A stretch of 64,000 nucleotides of DNA from Podarcis cretensis. Taxonomy: Eukaryota. The notes under the pieces were generated by a model. It ran no database searches. It was not told the origin of the DNA and saw only the letters and a program-made list of their open reading frames with translations. Shown piece by piece: positions 31,501-42,992 of this stretch (positions are counted from its first letter, which is position 1; every line of letters starts with the position of its first letter). Position numbers and translations under genes: made by a program. Location: NCBI GenBank assembly GCA_951804945.1, contig OX638149.1, forward strand, positions 86,490,001 to 86,554,000. The letters are read 5' to 3'.

Positions 31501-34500
31501 CCCTTCTCAGGCTTAAAACAGCCAAACAGATTTGTATTGGGTTGGAACAGATCTATTATCACCTTGCATATGCACATGTTGTTGTTGTCGGTTCCTGTGC
31601 CTTTGAGATGGGCGAGAGTGGCACATATAAATATATAAATGTTTGATGTACAGAAAGATTAAGGGTAGCCTTTCTTGGCAACAGCAAAACAAAGAGAAAG
31701 GAGATGGGGGTGAAATTTGGGGCAGTCACTTCACACCATCACATTGTGGGGTCAGCAGGTGCCACTGCAATTTATATACAAGCCAGTAGCAAGAAAAATG
31801 GATTCCCCCCCCCACTCCCTTTTGGCTGTGTGGAAATAGCAGCACACCCATTGATACCCTTTTCCTCTTAATTAGTCTGGAAAAGCCACCACTCCTTTGA
31901 TTTTGCATTCGAAGTCACTAATGCAAATGTGTCTGTGGAGCAAAGCTCCCCGTTTTCTTGCAACTGGGCATTTGAAGGGGTAACAAATTCACACTGTTGC
32001 TCTCATGTATGTGTGAGAAATGCCCTCGCCATCCCTCTTCCCTCCTGAGTTATGTCTAGGATTGTGCTGGAAGACGGAAGGCAGCAGCAGTGGGAGAGTC
32101 AGGTCAGGTAGACAAAAGTTTGCCTTGGGGCCTTCTATCCTGGATCATAAATTCACATCTGTTTCAGCTGTCAGGTATGAGTTCCAAAGTGACAAAGAAT
32201 GATTCATGCTCACGCCCCTCCTACCCTGATACCCAAGATACCCTCCTGACCCCTCAAAAACAGGGAGGAAGAATTAATCACACTGCCTACTCATAGGGAG
32301 GAGGGGGAGATGAACTTCTTTTCAGTTCACGTTTAATAGTGAATCTACTAATTTTGCACTTGCCAAAACAATACATGAAACGAAACTCAGCCAGCCTTTG
32401 GAATTCACATTTCTCCAAATTTTGCAGTGCAGTCCTCCAGCCAAGTAATGTGTACAAAAATGCAAATATTACGGCAAAGTGTGCATAAAAGTACATGGAT
32501 CAGGGTAAATAGCATAAAAAATATGTTAGGTTAGGGGAAATTGCTTTGCATAAATGTATATCAGGAGAAATTCACACTAAAATGCTGGTGAATTTTCATG
32601 GACTGTAAAAAAACAAACCAACTGATGTGGAAATGTGGATGACTGGACTTCAAGATTGGAAAATTGACAGAAACCAAAGCTGAAAAGATTCACTCATCCC
32701 CGTGAATGAACAGAATTGCAAGGTTGGGACTACTTACTGGAATGTGGCTTTTGTATATATAATGATCGCCCCGTTTCTTTGTTATCAGCAAGATCTTGTC
32801 AAACAAGAAGAAAGTTCTCTCATTCCTGACCCGATGGACACGGAAAGTACCCTCCAGCACAAGCTCTCCATAAGTGGTCAGGTCAGGACCCTTCCAGTTT
32901 ATAAGCAATGACTGAATCTCCTGTAAAACAGCAAAAGGGGGGGGGGCAGTCAGAAAAAAGGTGAAATATTTCCATCCCTATTAGGTGCCATTTCAAGGCA
33001 ATCCCAAACAGAGTCACAAAGATGCCAGCACTGGTTGTAGTCTGTACTGTGACAGAATTACAGCCATCTGAGAATTTGGGGGGGTGGAATGTTTTATGGT
33101 ATGTGGGTAGTACCCAATGCCACACAAGTAGTGTTCCACTAGTGCAACAGGGCTTCCTCTCCCCACATGTCCCCGAAAGTTGCTCCAGGAGGTGTCCCTA
33201 CCCTCTGGAGCAGATTTTGAGTATGTGCAAGGGGCTTGAGGGGAGATAAGAGCAGCGAGGGGGGAAGTCCCATTGTACAAGAGGAACGACAGCATTGGAT
33301 ACAATGCTATACATTTAGCCCGCAGAATACATTCATTTCAACACAACTCAGAATATAAGCTTCCCCCCAACACTTCCATTGTTTAACCTTCACAAACATT
33401 CAAAGTATTTTCGAAATCTGTCAGCAGTCTTGAAAATAAATGCCTAGCATTACCAACAACAAAATGATCTGAATGGTTTCGTACCCAGAGGGTCTCTTTC
33501 ATCAGCAAAAGTTAAATAAGGGAATCTTAAGTATTCTAAATATTTGTCCCTTTCTTCTACTTAGTTTGAAAGGTTCTAAGGATCTTCCAAATGAGACACT
33601 GGAAAGGTAGATTAGTCCAGTGTAAAGTCACTCTGTGAGGCTGAACCAAAGCAGCTGGGGGAACATAAGCCCCTAGTTTTATATATTTCTGTCATTTATA
33701 GCCAGTCTTCTAATGAACTATTCAAGGCTGCTTCTCTCTCTGCCTCAATGTTCCCTCTGCTATGAGAACACATACACCTCCAAACCGGACTCCAATTCCC
33801 TTCAGCCCCAAGTCAGCACGGCCAATGTTCAGGTATGATGGGAGTTACAGTCCAGAAACATCTAAGCATGGGCACAGGTTCCCCATTTCTGAGTCAGAGG
33901 GTTCTAGTGTTACAGGTTGAAGCCAGAAGGGGCATCGTGACAAATCATTCAGCCGGAACTCCGGTATTATTACAGGACATTCCATCAGCAATTCTTGCTT
34001 CTTGCCTGAAGCCCAGTAAAGAAGCATTTGCTACACAGCCCCCACAGATCAGAATATGATCCACAGCTTGTGTAATATAAACCCATAAAAAGAGTCATTT
34101 AGAAAGAATTTTGCTCCTACCATCTTCCTTTGCTCTGGACAGATCGCTACCCTTCATTTTCCTTATGTAGTTTCCAATTTGTGGGTGTTTTCATGCCATT
34201 ACAGTGGTACCTCGGTTTACAAACTTAATCCATTCCTGAAGTCCGTTCTTAAACTGAATCTGTTCTTAAACAGAGGCACGCTTTCCCTAATGAGGCCTCC
34301 TGCTGCCGGTGCCCTTCCACCATTCGGTTTCCGTTTGTAGACCGAGGTAAAGTTTGCAAACTGGAACACTACTTCCGGTTTTGCGGAGTTCGTAAACTGA
34401 ATTGTTCGTAAACAGGACTGTTCTTAAACCCAGGTACCACTGTATATTGCAGATGACTAAAGAATTGATTGCCCCAGTTCAAATTACTTTTGTAGTTATC

Positions 34501-37500
34501 TTAAAGCTTGCCTACTGTTTCCATAGGGTGCCGTCATCACCTTGCTCAAATTCCCTGCAGAAATAAATTAATTGGCTAAAAACACAGATGAAAACTAAGG
34601 TAAGGCCTGACACCACCTACAGCAGGCACGGCCAAACTTGGCCCTCCAGCTGTTTTGGGACTACAGCTCCCATCATCCCTGACCACTGGTCCTGTTAGCT
34701 AGGGATGATGGGAGTTGTAGTCCCAAAACAGCTGGAGGGCAAAGTTTGGCCATGCCTGACCTACAGCAACCTACGTGCACTTCTCAAACCTTAAGAAGAG
34801 AAAAATTTAAATTCAATGTTTGGAAACATGTCATTAAATTTCCACGACACTAATGCTGATACGGGTGGAGTCCTCACAAGGGCGTTTTAAAGACTGAATA
34901 ATGTAAATGAAATCTGGAATGATGAGAGGCTAAGGAAGTGCAAGCAAACTGGGAATGCACTTAAAATCTGCTGGGGTGATATTGTGAGGCTATTTGCAGG
35001 ACTCTAATTGTGTTAAGGCTCAAACCAAAAATTGATATTCAGTACTAGGGGTCAGTCCCTGAACTTGTTAAGCATCAGGAAAGAAATGGAGATAATCACT
35101 TCCTCATCTGGGATTTCCAGGCTTGTGTCTTGTCACATCTCCTTGATGTTAAGCTCCATGGGTATTGTTGGAAGGGCCATGAAGTTAAACATTTTATGAA
35201 AGGACTTAAATGACTGGCACAAGACGTTGAAAAGTGTGCTGCTGTGATGTGACTGAAATCATGGGAAGTGGGGGGGGGGGAATGCAGCACAGGAAAAACA
35301 ACACAGTGTATGTGTGTACTGAGGTCTGAAAAAAAGGGGGAAAATTAGACATTGCAAACTGGAATGAGGAAAAGGGAATACTGGAGCAAAAATACCTTTT
35401 ATCTATCGATCTATCTTAAAAATCCCTTTAGCTAGCAACACTTCATGGTAAGGAATGTTGCAGTGCTAGGAAGCAGCAGGAAAGAGAGCAAACCACTAAA
35501 GATAGTAATAACACACATGGTTGCCATCGTGTTTTGCAAGTCAGTTTCATTTTGCATATACGTTCTTAAGGGAATTTCTCTTTATGGGTTGTGAAAGGTG
35601 GCATTGCCTGATGCATCAGCCAGTGTGAATACATAACACTTACTTGTGAATTGCCACAGCTCTCCAAGGATAATGCCACACCTGGGACAACTTTCCCCTT
35701 TCAAATTACCTGCAGGCGCACAGCATGCTCGTGCTTCCGTTTCATGTCATTGATATACCAAGCCACACAGGTCATGGTGTCAATCGCCTCTTCCACCACT
35801 TCATAGCCATCCTCTTCTATGTCGAAGTGCTTTGCTATCTCCTACGACAAAACCACACAGCCAAGAAGGTAAGCCAAGAGTCGTAAGGCTCTCTAACACA
35901 AATTCATTTCACCAGTTTGTTGTCTCTTGACAACTGCCCAGTTTACTAAGCTCTGGGGCCCAGGAGAGTACACAAGAGTCAAGCCAAGTAATAACTTAAA
36001 GCCATTTAAAAAAACCCATTATGCTGAGTGAGTCAGATCATTGGTCAACCTAGTTCAGAACTGTCCATAGTGATTGACAGCAGGTCTTTCGAGTTAGGTA
36101 GGACATTCCAACCCTACCTGGAAATGCCAGGGATTGGACCTGAGACCTTCTGCTTTTGAAGTTGATACTCTTATCACTGAACTATGGCCCTTCCCCAAAG
36201 CCTTAAGTAGCATACCATATTTTTCACCCAAAAATGAAGGGGAAATGTGTGTGCGTCCTATGGGGCGAATGCAGGCTTTCGCTGAAGCCTGGAGAGCGAG
36301 AGGGGTCGGAAGTTCCCGCCGGGCTCCCAAGGCTTGCGGACAGCAGCCTGCAGCCCAAAACCTGGGGAGCGCAGCGGAGCACGCCCCGGGCTTCGGGCAG
36401 CTCTCCGCAAGCCGTGGGAGCCTGGCGGGAAGTCGCGCCAGTCTCCCAAGGGTTGCGGAGAGCTGCCTGCATCCCGAAGCCTGGGGTGCGCTATTCAGGA
36501 TGTATGAGACTATGTCCGTTGATCCTTCTTCCCTACGTAACACCGTGATTCCGCAAAAATCTGCTCCAGGTTGGGAAACCCTCTGGAGCGGGTTAGGAAG
36601 ATGCCACAGGAGCTGTAGGTAGAAGCGGCTCACTTCACCCTTTCACGGAAACTTCTGCTGGATCAGTGAAATTTCCATAGGTTTTTGGGGAGAATCTTTG
36701 GAACCAAAGTCCCATGCTTTCTTTAAAAATAACAATGCAAAAAAACTTTTTCAACATGGTGGCAAGATGCCATATGATTGCAGCAGCAACAACAACAAAA
36801 GTCATTCACCTATGGAAGTACAAAAAGGTGACCATTATCATCCATGGTGGGACTGCTTGATAGAGTCTAGGCTAGCAAATTCAATTAGACCTGGTCTTTT
36901 TCCTTTGAACCATACTGAAGGATCAGTCCATTGGATAAATACGAGCAAGAAATTGTAACTTACTGCAGGATTTGGCCATTATGGCCATATTAATTGGAGA
37001 AAAGATCATGGGTGGAATCATTTCAGTAGTTATATTAAAAAAGCACACCCATTAAGTTACTCAAATGTTATGTCTATTGTTGTTAAACTTAAAATATGAC
37101 AGTATCAAGAACATTTTATGAAAATCAGCATAGGAAGATGTAGGCTTTAGTGGTATGATGAATTGCCTGCAGGCTTCCGACAGGCTAATCACAGATGGGC
37201 CTTTGGCCTGATCCACCAGGGCTCTTCTTACATTACTTTTTTTGTTATTTACCGTATTTTTCGCTCTATAGGACGCACTTTTTCCCCTTCAAAAATGAAG
37301 GGGAAATGTGTGTGCATCCTATGGAGTGAAGACGCCATAGCCCCGTGACCCTCTCCCGGCTGGAGAGGTGAAGTGCGGCTATGGCAGGAGCCTCTTTAGG
37401 CGCGCGCCACCTCTCCAGCCAAGAGAGTGCACATGGGGCTAAAGAAGCCCCCCGCGACCCTCTCCCGGCCGGAGAGGTGACGCGCGGCTATCGCAGGAGC

Positions 37501-39498
37501 CCCTTTAGCTGCGCGCCACCTCTCCAGCTGGGAGAGCGCGTGCGGGGCTAAAGAAGCCATAGAAGCTTTCCGCTGCTCCCTGACCTGCTCTTTGGGGCTG
37601 GTGGTGGGCTTCCCCCCGCCAGCCCCAAAGAGCAGGTCGAAAGGAACCTGAAGCCTGGAGAGCGAGAGGGGTCGGTGCGCACCGATCCCTCTCGCTCTCC
37701 AGGCTTCCAAGGTAGCCGCCTGAACGCACCTTAAACGGCACCTTGTTTTAGAGCGGGAAAACAAGAAGGGGGAAATTTCCCCCCTTTCTGCGCAGCGCCT
37801 CCTGCCGCTTCGCTGAAGGGGCGCTGGGCAGAGAGGGGGAGAATTTTTTTTCTTGTTCTCCCCCCTCTAAAACAAGGTGCTTCCTATTGCCTGGTGCGTC
37901 CTATGGTGCGAAAAGTACGGTACTTGAATTATGAAAAACATAATGTAGAGCAATTGGGGAAAGTATCCTATCTCTGCATAAATGGATAAACACTGGTAAC
38001 ATACAAATCTGATTCCTTCACAGAAATAGGGCTGGTTTTGAAATATATACAGAGATTCTGAGAAACCATTTTCTTGTATAGCTAATTCCTACAATCTATA
38101 TTTCCTCATGTGTGACCCACAGAGACTATTTGTATAATTGCAAATACTCAAACTCTGTATTAGTTCTCAACTGTTCCCACTTGACTAGCGACCAATACAT
38201 TTTCTAAGAGAGAGGTGATATTTGCTTGAACACAGACCTGCACATTTTATGGTTGAATTTTAGACAAAACAGGTAGAGAGTGAAACACACAGGTCCCAAA
38301 GCTGCAAAGTTAGACAACACAACTAGGCTACTGCTATATTACCTGAAGGAGCAGGTGATATTTGAGAATGCGCTGGACAGGCTTGAGAAGGTAAGAGCCA
38401 AGGGGCAATGAGTGACGGATTTGCTCTTGCCGCTCGCGAAAGAACTTGGCCAGCTGTTTGTTCCTCATGCATTCGGTCAGAGCTGCCACAGAGCTAGAGG
38501 GTCAAACGCATCATGGTATAATGAATAGCACTGAAGATCAAAGCAGAGAACCTCCCACCTTCCCTTGAAGATGAGTTGACGGACAGGCATGCTCAAACAC
38601 CCCAACAAGGGACTGCAATGCAAGGGTTTAAAAACAAGATCCGGAAGCCAGTGACAGCCAGACTAGCTAACAGAGAGAAGCAATCAGACTTTGGCAATAT
38701 AGCACATCCTGTACCTCCTACAGGGAATTTCCTTTGATGAGTGTGGGGAAACCTGGAAAGTCAGCCTGTTAGAGGGAAAGAAGAGGAAGACCCCTGGAGC
38801 AGGACTTTTGAGAACAGCTGTGGGGCTTCATTACCTTGCCTTGTTCTTTGCCTCTTGCTACGATTTCCAGAAACTTTTATGAAAGATAAACAGATTTATA
38901 TAAATCATGCAAATCTGCTTAGCTTTCATAAACATGTTCTGTTTCTGCTAGTCTATATAAATCAAGGGCAGCCAACATTAGGTGCTTTGTGGTTTTATTC
39001 TGTATTTTTATGCTGTGAAATGCCCTGAGATCTTAGGATGAAGGGAGTATACCAATTTTATTAATACAGACAACAACATGTTGCCCTTCAGATGTTGCTG
39101 GACTACAACTCCCATCAGCCCGGACCACAGGCTAGGCTGGGTGAGGCTGAAGGGACTTGTAATCCCACAACATGTGGAGGGTACCACAGTGGCTATTCCC
39201 AATGTAAGATGTACAGTCTGAAGAATTCAGCTGGTATTAGTGCAAAATTTGGGTTATCTTGTCACTGAACGCTGACTTAAAAAAAAAAAAAAGCACCTAC
39301 AAACTATTCTGTTTTCCGCAGAGACAGAGGCTGACCAAAGGTTTCTTCTGTGTAAAAAGATTAAGTTATTAGAGGGGAAAGGGTCACCCAAGGCCCCATG
39401 AAACCAGTTCTCCCTTCACTGCAAAGGATACTCACTTAGGGTAGTTGTTACAGTATTGAGTGTAGATATCAAAATCCTGACTCTGTTGCAGGGAGAGG

Positions 39499-39534
<36 letters not shown>

Positions 39535-42500
39535 AATCAGTAAAAGATGGCTGGATATTCACTTAGCAATAATCTCAGCTTGCCTCTCAAAACATGCCCA
39601 GTACGGCTGTATACAAGGAATGCCAACCTCACCCTACATACTGTTTGTTTAAGCCCTCATACCTAATGGAAGCACCCAATAAGGGTGTCGAAAGGGCTTG
39701 TGCAGCAGAATTCTGTGACACTCCATTATACAGTCAGAGATTACCACAACACAGTATCTGCTCATCTCCTTACCCTGTCCACAAAACATCTTGCCACGGC
39801 AACAGGATCATTGTGGCAGCTGTCCAGATCCTGCAGAAGCTCACTGAGCAGAAATTGAGAAAAGGAAGAATCAGTGAGTCAGACAGACACACACACATGG
39901 TGAAGCCTCTTGTGTCACATGTTCTAAGCACAGCATCTTAGTAGCATAGGCACTCAAGGGACATGCGGGAGGCAAAATGCAAACAACATTTCCCTCCCCT
40001 CCAAGTCCCAAACATAGAAGCAAAATTCAAGGCATGCAAAGATTTGGGAACAGTACTCACAGCACCCACCTGCACAGGGGAAGCCCTTCCACTGTTGCCA
40101 GGGAGCCAAAAACACAAGGCAGCCATTACACAGAAAGAGGGGCACTCATTGGTTAAAATGGCCAACTAGCTGCTCCAGCAACTATTCGTGTAGCCTATTT
40201 GTCACAAACAGCATTTCCCCACTGCCCAAAGTGTCTTGCAGTGACAAACTATGAGCTCATGTCTACCCCAAGGAACTTTTTAATTTTGGGAGGGGAAGCT
40301 AGTTCACAGAACAGGCAAGCAACAAAACCAAGAACGCCCAGTAAGCCAGGAGCAATTTGAACTCAGTCTGCCCCTCTGACCTCTCCTCTCCTCAGTGCTT
40401 CATCATACAGGGATAGATGTTGCTTCCCTGCTCTGAGACCAACACCGTCTCTCCACTTTCCTTTCCGCAGCCATGTCTGCCCAGGACTGTTCAAATAAAC
40501 CCCAAGGGTCAAACATCCATGTTGTTATATTGCAGACTTTCAGAATGAGACAAACCTTCTGGCTAAATGTGAAAGAATGTTGGCTCCCGCTTTCCAGCAA
40601 TAGGGGAGCTGGACCAAGGGAGGAACAGAACTTATCAGAAGCTTGCCACCCACACAATCCAACCCTCCAGTCAGCTTCAGCTTGAGAACACAATCAGTAG
40701 GCATTAATCTGCATCTATCAGCTTCCATAAGATGTGTAAAGTGTTTCCAGTTCATGACAAAGAGGTGACAGGAAAATGCCTGTCCCAAGGCGGACTTCAG
40801 TAATGTGCAAAACACAGGGCTGGCTTCTCATTAATAACAATGCAATCTTAAATGGCTTCTACTTAGAAGCTCTACTGATTATCCCAGGTAAGTGGGATAA
40901 TGGGATAAGGGGTCCAGTATAGTTTCAAATTGGATGGAGGAGTGTTGAGATTCCTTCACTGCAGGGGGTTGGACTATATGACCCTCAAGGTCCCTTCCAA
41001 CTCCACAATTCTACAATTCTATGACTGCAGCCTAAGACATGTCAGCGGAGCTTATGCAGACAGGGAGAGAGCAGGAAGGAAGGCAAGGGAGAGCAAAGCA
41101 AGTGAGTCTCCTGCTATCCCCCAACCTGTCCCACTGTCATGATAGGACTGTGACCATTTAGGGAGGGGGTACCTTCTGCTGTGCTTACAGATTTTCAGTC
41201 CTCTCTGGAAAATAAGGGGTGGGGCAGGGGCAGTTGCCAGTGAAGCCATGTTGATCAAACATCATACTCACCTGTTCAGTTCATAGATATCCTCGATGTT
41301 CCCAAAGAGTGCACTAACTTGTTCTGGCCGTAGAAGCAGCTCTTGAGTGTCTATTATCTTCGCCAAGTAATTCTGCCAAGTCACATTGTGTCATAAGTAC
41401 TGCCATGTAGCAAAATAAGCAAGCAAATACGACAGACTGCCCCAAGCTCCAGCCACCTAAACATGTGGTGGTGATGGGGATCTAATCAACCTAATCAATG
41501 TTCTAGGGAATTCCCATATTATCCAGGGGTGGGGAACCTGAGGCCCTCCAGAGCTTGTTGGACTGCAACTCCCATCATTCCTGACGGTTGACTCTGTTGG
41601 TGGGGGCTAATTGGATGCCACCAACATCAGGAGGGCCTCAGACCTGCCCCCCATCCCCAATATAATCCATTATTATTAATTATTATTATTATTACTTTAT
41701 TATTTATACCCCGCCCATCTGGCTGGGCTTCCCCAGCCACTCTGGGCGGCTTCCAACAGAATATTAAAATACAATATTTTAAAAGCTTCCCTAAACAGGG
41801 CTGCCTTCAGATGTCTTCTAAAAGTCTGGTAGTTGTTTTTCTCTTTGACATCTGGTGGGAGGGTGTTCCACAGGGTGGGTGCCACTACTGAGAAGGCCCT
41901 CTGCCTGGTTCCCTGTAACTTGGCTTCTCGCAGCGAGGGAACCGCCAGAAGGCCCTCGGCACTAGACCTCAGTGTCCGAGCAGAACGATGGGGGTGGAGA
42001 TGCTCCTTCAGGAATACTGGACTGAGGCCATTTAGGGCTTTAAAGGTCAGCACCAACACTTTGAATTGTGCTCGGAAACGTACTGGGATCCAACGTAGGT
42101 CTTTCAAGCCCACAGCTCCCACCATACACTCCCTGTTTCCTACACTCAGCCTAAACAGTGTTCCAACAGGGCAGAAAGCCCCTTTCTATACTCTAAACCA
42201 GGAAATAATTAGCACCAGAACTCCCTGGCCCTTCAGCCATAGCATGCAAATAAACAAGGTCCATAGCAGTGCACACAATGCGCTGCATTCGCACACTGCA
42301 ACATGGCAAGCAGGAAGTGTTTTGTGCCTCTGAAAATAATGATCAGTACATCCCTGTTTGGGAAACAGTGTGTGAAGTTTGCCGCTGAGGGCAAAGCACA
42401 AGGACTCTGCACAGTAAAATACTGAGGGGTTTTCTTGGTCTGAAGGCCTGCAGGCACCTGCTCCTAACCTTCTGCCCAGGCCAGGTTTTCCTACAGCTAG

Positions 42501-42921
42501 ATAGAAGACATCTTTAATGCCCAGATCAGAAGATGGGAGGCCCTTATATTGTGGCAGTGAACACACTGTGGCAGTGAACTGAAGAACTCCATCCTCACAG
42601 GCAGGCAAGCATTATGGGCACGCTCACCTCTATGATACTTCGCAAATCCCGCACGTACATGCGTTCCGACTCCACAATCTCCAAGACCACACGCTCCAGG
42701 TAGCTTAGTTTGGAATGGGAGACAGCCGAAGAAAGGGAAGGGCTCTTCAGGCCTCGCCAGGGCCCTGAGGAGGCATTGTTGTTGGCATTGTGCAGCAGTC
42801 CAGCCCTCAGTGAGGTGGCATCAGAAGGTGTTTGGGCCACTTCGCTCCAGTCCTCCATAATGTGGCTAGCATTGGTCAGGGCTGCAGGCGGGTGGTTCAG
42901 AGGGTGCTCTGCAGAGCTCAT
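18719..42921 (-). CDS. PLEKHG3: Pleckstrin homology and RhoGEF domain containing G3: multi-exon CDS (18 exons, 4089 nt, 1362 aa from ATG 42921)
   Basis: DH domain ([22 protein letters not shown]...[13 protein letters not shown]...[21 protein letters not shown]), PH domain ([26 protein letters not shown]), and PLEKHG3-type C-terminal blocks ([51 protein letters not shown]). All junction phases are consistent. Confidence 0.96.
20004..21462 (-). CDS. PLEKHG3: PLEKHG3 large coding exon (1459 nt)
   Basis: tttcctag|GCG CGG TCA...AGC AAG G|gtatgt; largely overlaps ORF 19924..21438; poly-Glu tract, [39 protein letters not shown]. Confidence 0.94.
22071..22172 (-). CDS. PLEKHG3: PLEKHG3 coding exon (102 nt)
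   Basis: ttttggttcag|GCC AAG AGC...GTC CCA AAG|gtgagt; phase 0-0; [34 protein letters not shown]. Confidence 0.85.
22259..22468. mobile_element. Penelope-like retroelement remnant (inverted pseudo-LTR) with 13-bp TSD
   Basis: gtagccgtgttggtctg...agcaccttaaagaccaac...ctgaagaag...cacgaaagctcat signature; ~76-bp inverted arms 22301-22376 / 22395-22470; TSD atccctagccatt at 22246-22258 and 22469-22481. Confidence 0.8.
22381..22418 (+). ncRNA. Minimal type I hammerhead ribozyme motif (Penelope-associated)
   Basis: gtat-CTGAAGA-a-gtgtg(catg)cacac-GAAA-gc-TC-atac: stem I gtat/atac, core CUGANGA and GAAA, stem II, palindromic AGCU in place of stem III. Confidence 0.65.
23259..23561 (-). CDS. PLEKHG3: PLEKHG3 coding exon (303 nt, acidic tract)
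   Basis: cttcacgtag|CAT GCA GGC AGT...AGC ACG|gtgagg; [14 protein letters not shown]...EEEE...[30 protein letters not shown]. Confidence 0.9.
23953..23960 (-). CDS. PLEKHG3: PLEKHG3 8-nt microexon (G-L-K)
   Basis: cttcttcttcctgtgctacaaatctggcaatag|GACTAAAG|gtaaga; bridges phase 1 (24611) to phase 0 (23561). Confidence 0.75.
24611..24649 (-). CDS. PLEKHG3: PLEKHG3 coding exon (39 nt)
   Basis: tttcattgcag|AA CCA ACA AAA CAG ATT CTC AAG CAA CTG AGC AAC AGA G|gtgagt = [13 protein letters not shown]. Confidence 0.9.
24886..25235 (+). mobile_element. Degraded L2-like 3' fragment
   Basis: gtgttcagtattgtggaccc...tagaatgcccttccagttgagatcaga...gcggtatataaat...(aaat)n tail. Confidence 0.6.
25650..25973. 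mobile_element. Degraded hAT-like DNA element
   Basis: ggggaact...ggcccaaatgcagccct and tgcagcccct...gtttcccacccctg ends. Confidence 0.5.
26517..26588 (-). CDS. PLEKHG3: PLEKHG3 72-nt symmetric (probable cassette) exon
   Basis: cctatccttag|AG CCT TTC...GGC CGC AGG AAA TCT G|gtgcgg = [24 protein letters not shown]; phase 1-1. Confidence 0.75.
27798..27965 (+). mobile_element. tRNA-derived SINE, degraded
   Basis: ggagagggg...tagttcagtggtagac (A box-like), related to the copy at 36020-36196. Confidence 0.5.
29219..29323 (-). CDS. PLEKHG3: PLEKHG3 coding exon (105 nt)
   Basis: cttcctttag|AT CCT TCT CGC...CAA TCA G|gtaaac = [35 protein letters not shown]. Confidence 0.92.
29783..29816 (-). CDS. 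PLEKHG3: PLEKHG3 coding exon (34 nt)
   Basis: ttcttcag|GCC AAG GAA...TCA TAC T|gtaagt = [11 protein letters not shown]. Confidence 0.93.
30355..30441 (-). CDS. PLEKHG3: PLEKHG3 coding exon (end of PH domain)
   Basis: gttcccag|GCC...CAG AAA|gtaagt = [29 protein letters not shown]. Confidence 0.95.
30930..31022 (-). CDS. PLEKHG3: PLEKHG3 coding exon (PH domain)
   Basis: tccttcag|TGC TCC...ATC CAG|gtgaga = [31 protein letters not shown]. Confidence 0.95.
32738..32920 (-). CDS. PLEKHG3: PLEKHG3 coding exon (start of PH domain)
   Basis: ttttacag|GAG ATT CAG...ATT CCA|gtaagt = [61 protein letters not shown]. Confidence 0.96.
34202..34442. mobile_element. Tc1/mariner superfamily (pogo/Tigger-like) MITE with TA TSD
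   Basis: ta|cagtggtacctcggttta ... taaacccaggtaccactg|ta. Confidence 0.88.
34623..34758. mobile_element. Near-perfect palindromic hAT MITE with 8-bp TSD
   Basis: ~58-bp inverted arms caggcacggccaaact...catcatccct / agggatgatg...gtttggccatgcctg; TSD acctacag at 34615-34622 and 34759-34766. Confidence 0.92.
35710..35841 (-). CDS. PLEKHG3: PLEKHG3 coding exon (end of DH domain)
   Basis: ttgtcgtag|GAG ATA GCA...CTG CAG|gtaatt = [44 protein letters not shown]. Confidence 0.96.
36020..36196 (-). mobile_element. tRNA-derived SINE (Squam3/MIR-like)
   Basis: Minus strand gggaagggccatagttcagtgataagag...ggtccaatccctggcat (A and B boxes). Confidence 0.65.
36215..36495. mobile_element. Partial GC-rich TA-flanked DNA transposon, same family as 37252-37920
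   Basis: ta|ccatatttttc; shares aaaaatgaaggggaaatgtgtgtgc and ctgaagcctggagagcgagaggggtcgg with the downstream copy. Confidence 0.75.
37252..37920. mobile_element. Non-autonomous Tc1/mariner superfamily (Tc2/pogo-like) element with TA TSD
   Basis: ta|ccgtatttttcgctctataggacgcac ... gtgcgtcctatggtgcgaaaagtacgg|ta; CpG-rich interior. Confidence 0.88.
38343..38493 (-). CDS. PLEKHG3: PLEKHG3 coding exon (DH domain)
   Basis: cctctag|C TCT GTG GCA...CTT CAG|gtaata = [50 protein letters not shown]. Confidence 0.96.
39080..39200. mobile_element. Palindromic MITE (ggactacaactccc family)
   Basis: cagatgttgctggactacaactcccatcagcc...ggctgaagggacttgtaatcc. Confidence 0.65.
39436..39482 (-). CDS. PLEKHG3: PLEKHG3 coding exon (DH domain, 47 nt)
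   Basis: tgcaacag|AGT CAG GAT...CCT AA|gtgagt = [16 protein letters not shown]. Confidence 0.95.
39501..39533. repeat. (GA)n microsatellite
   Basis: Visible run; reads (CT)n on the PLEKHG3 sense strand. Confidence 0.95.
39774..39843 (-). CDS. PLEKHG3: PLEKHG3 coding exon (DH domain, 70 nt)
   Basis: ttctgctcag|T GAG CTT...GAC AGG|gtaagg = [23 protein letters not shown]. Confidence 0.95.
41272..41372 (-). CDS. PLEKHG3: PLEKHG3 coding exon (DH domain, 101 nt)
   Basis: cttggcag|AAT TAC TTG...AAC AG|gtgagt = [34 protein letters not shown]. Confidence 0.95.
41524..41655. mobile_element. Palindromic MITE (ggactacaactccc family)
   Basis: caggggtggggaacctgaggccctcc ... ggagggcctcagacctgccccc. Confidence 0.65.
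41669..42106 (-). mobile_element. Young L2-clade LINE 3' end with (TAA)n tail
   Basis: Minus [37 protein letters not shown]...RTLRSS...[15 protein letters not shown]...[14 protein letters not shown] is the typical L2 ORF2 C-terminus. Confidence 0.9.
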
Positions 42922-42992
42922 GCCTGAGGCAGCAGAGGTTGGAACCACATCATCTCTGCCAGGAGACGGGGTAAGCAGGAACCGAGGGAAGT
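42628..42992 (-). CDS. PLEKHG3: PLEKHG3 first major coding exon (acceptor 42992, ATG at 42921, frame open back to the acceptor)
   Basis: ctctctgtgcag|AC TTC CCT...ggcATGAGC...ATA GAG|gtgagc; MSSAEHP...HNANNNASS...[29 protein letters not shown]. Confidence 0.9.

Noticed and set aside
36094-36633. Overlapping 179-aa and 162-aa ORFs
   Set aside because: They span a SINE and a GC-rich non-autonomous transposon; low stop density explains them and no transposase motif is present.
41700-42333. 141-aa and 166-aa ORFs as host genes
   Set aside because: L2 LINE ORF2 tail and its antisense frame.
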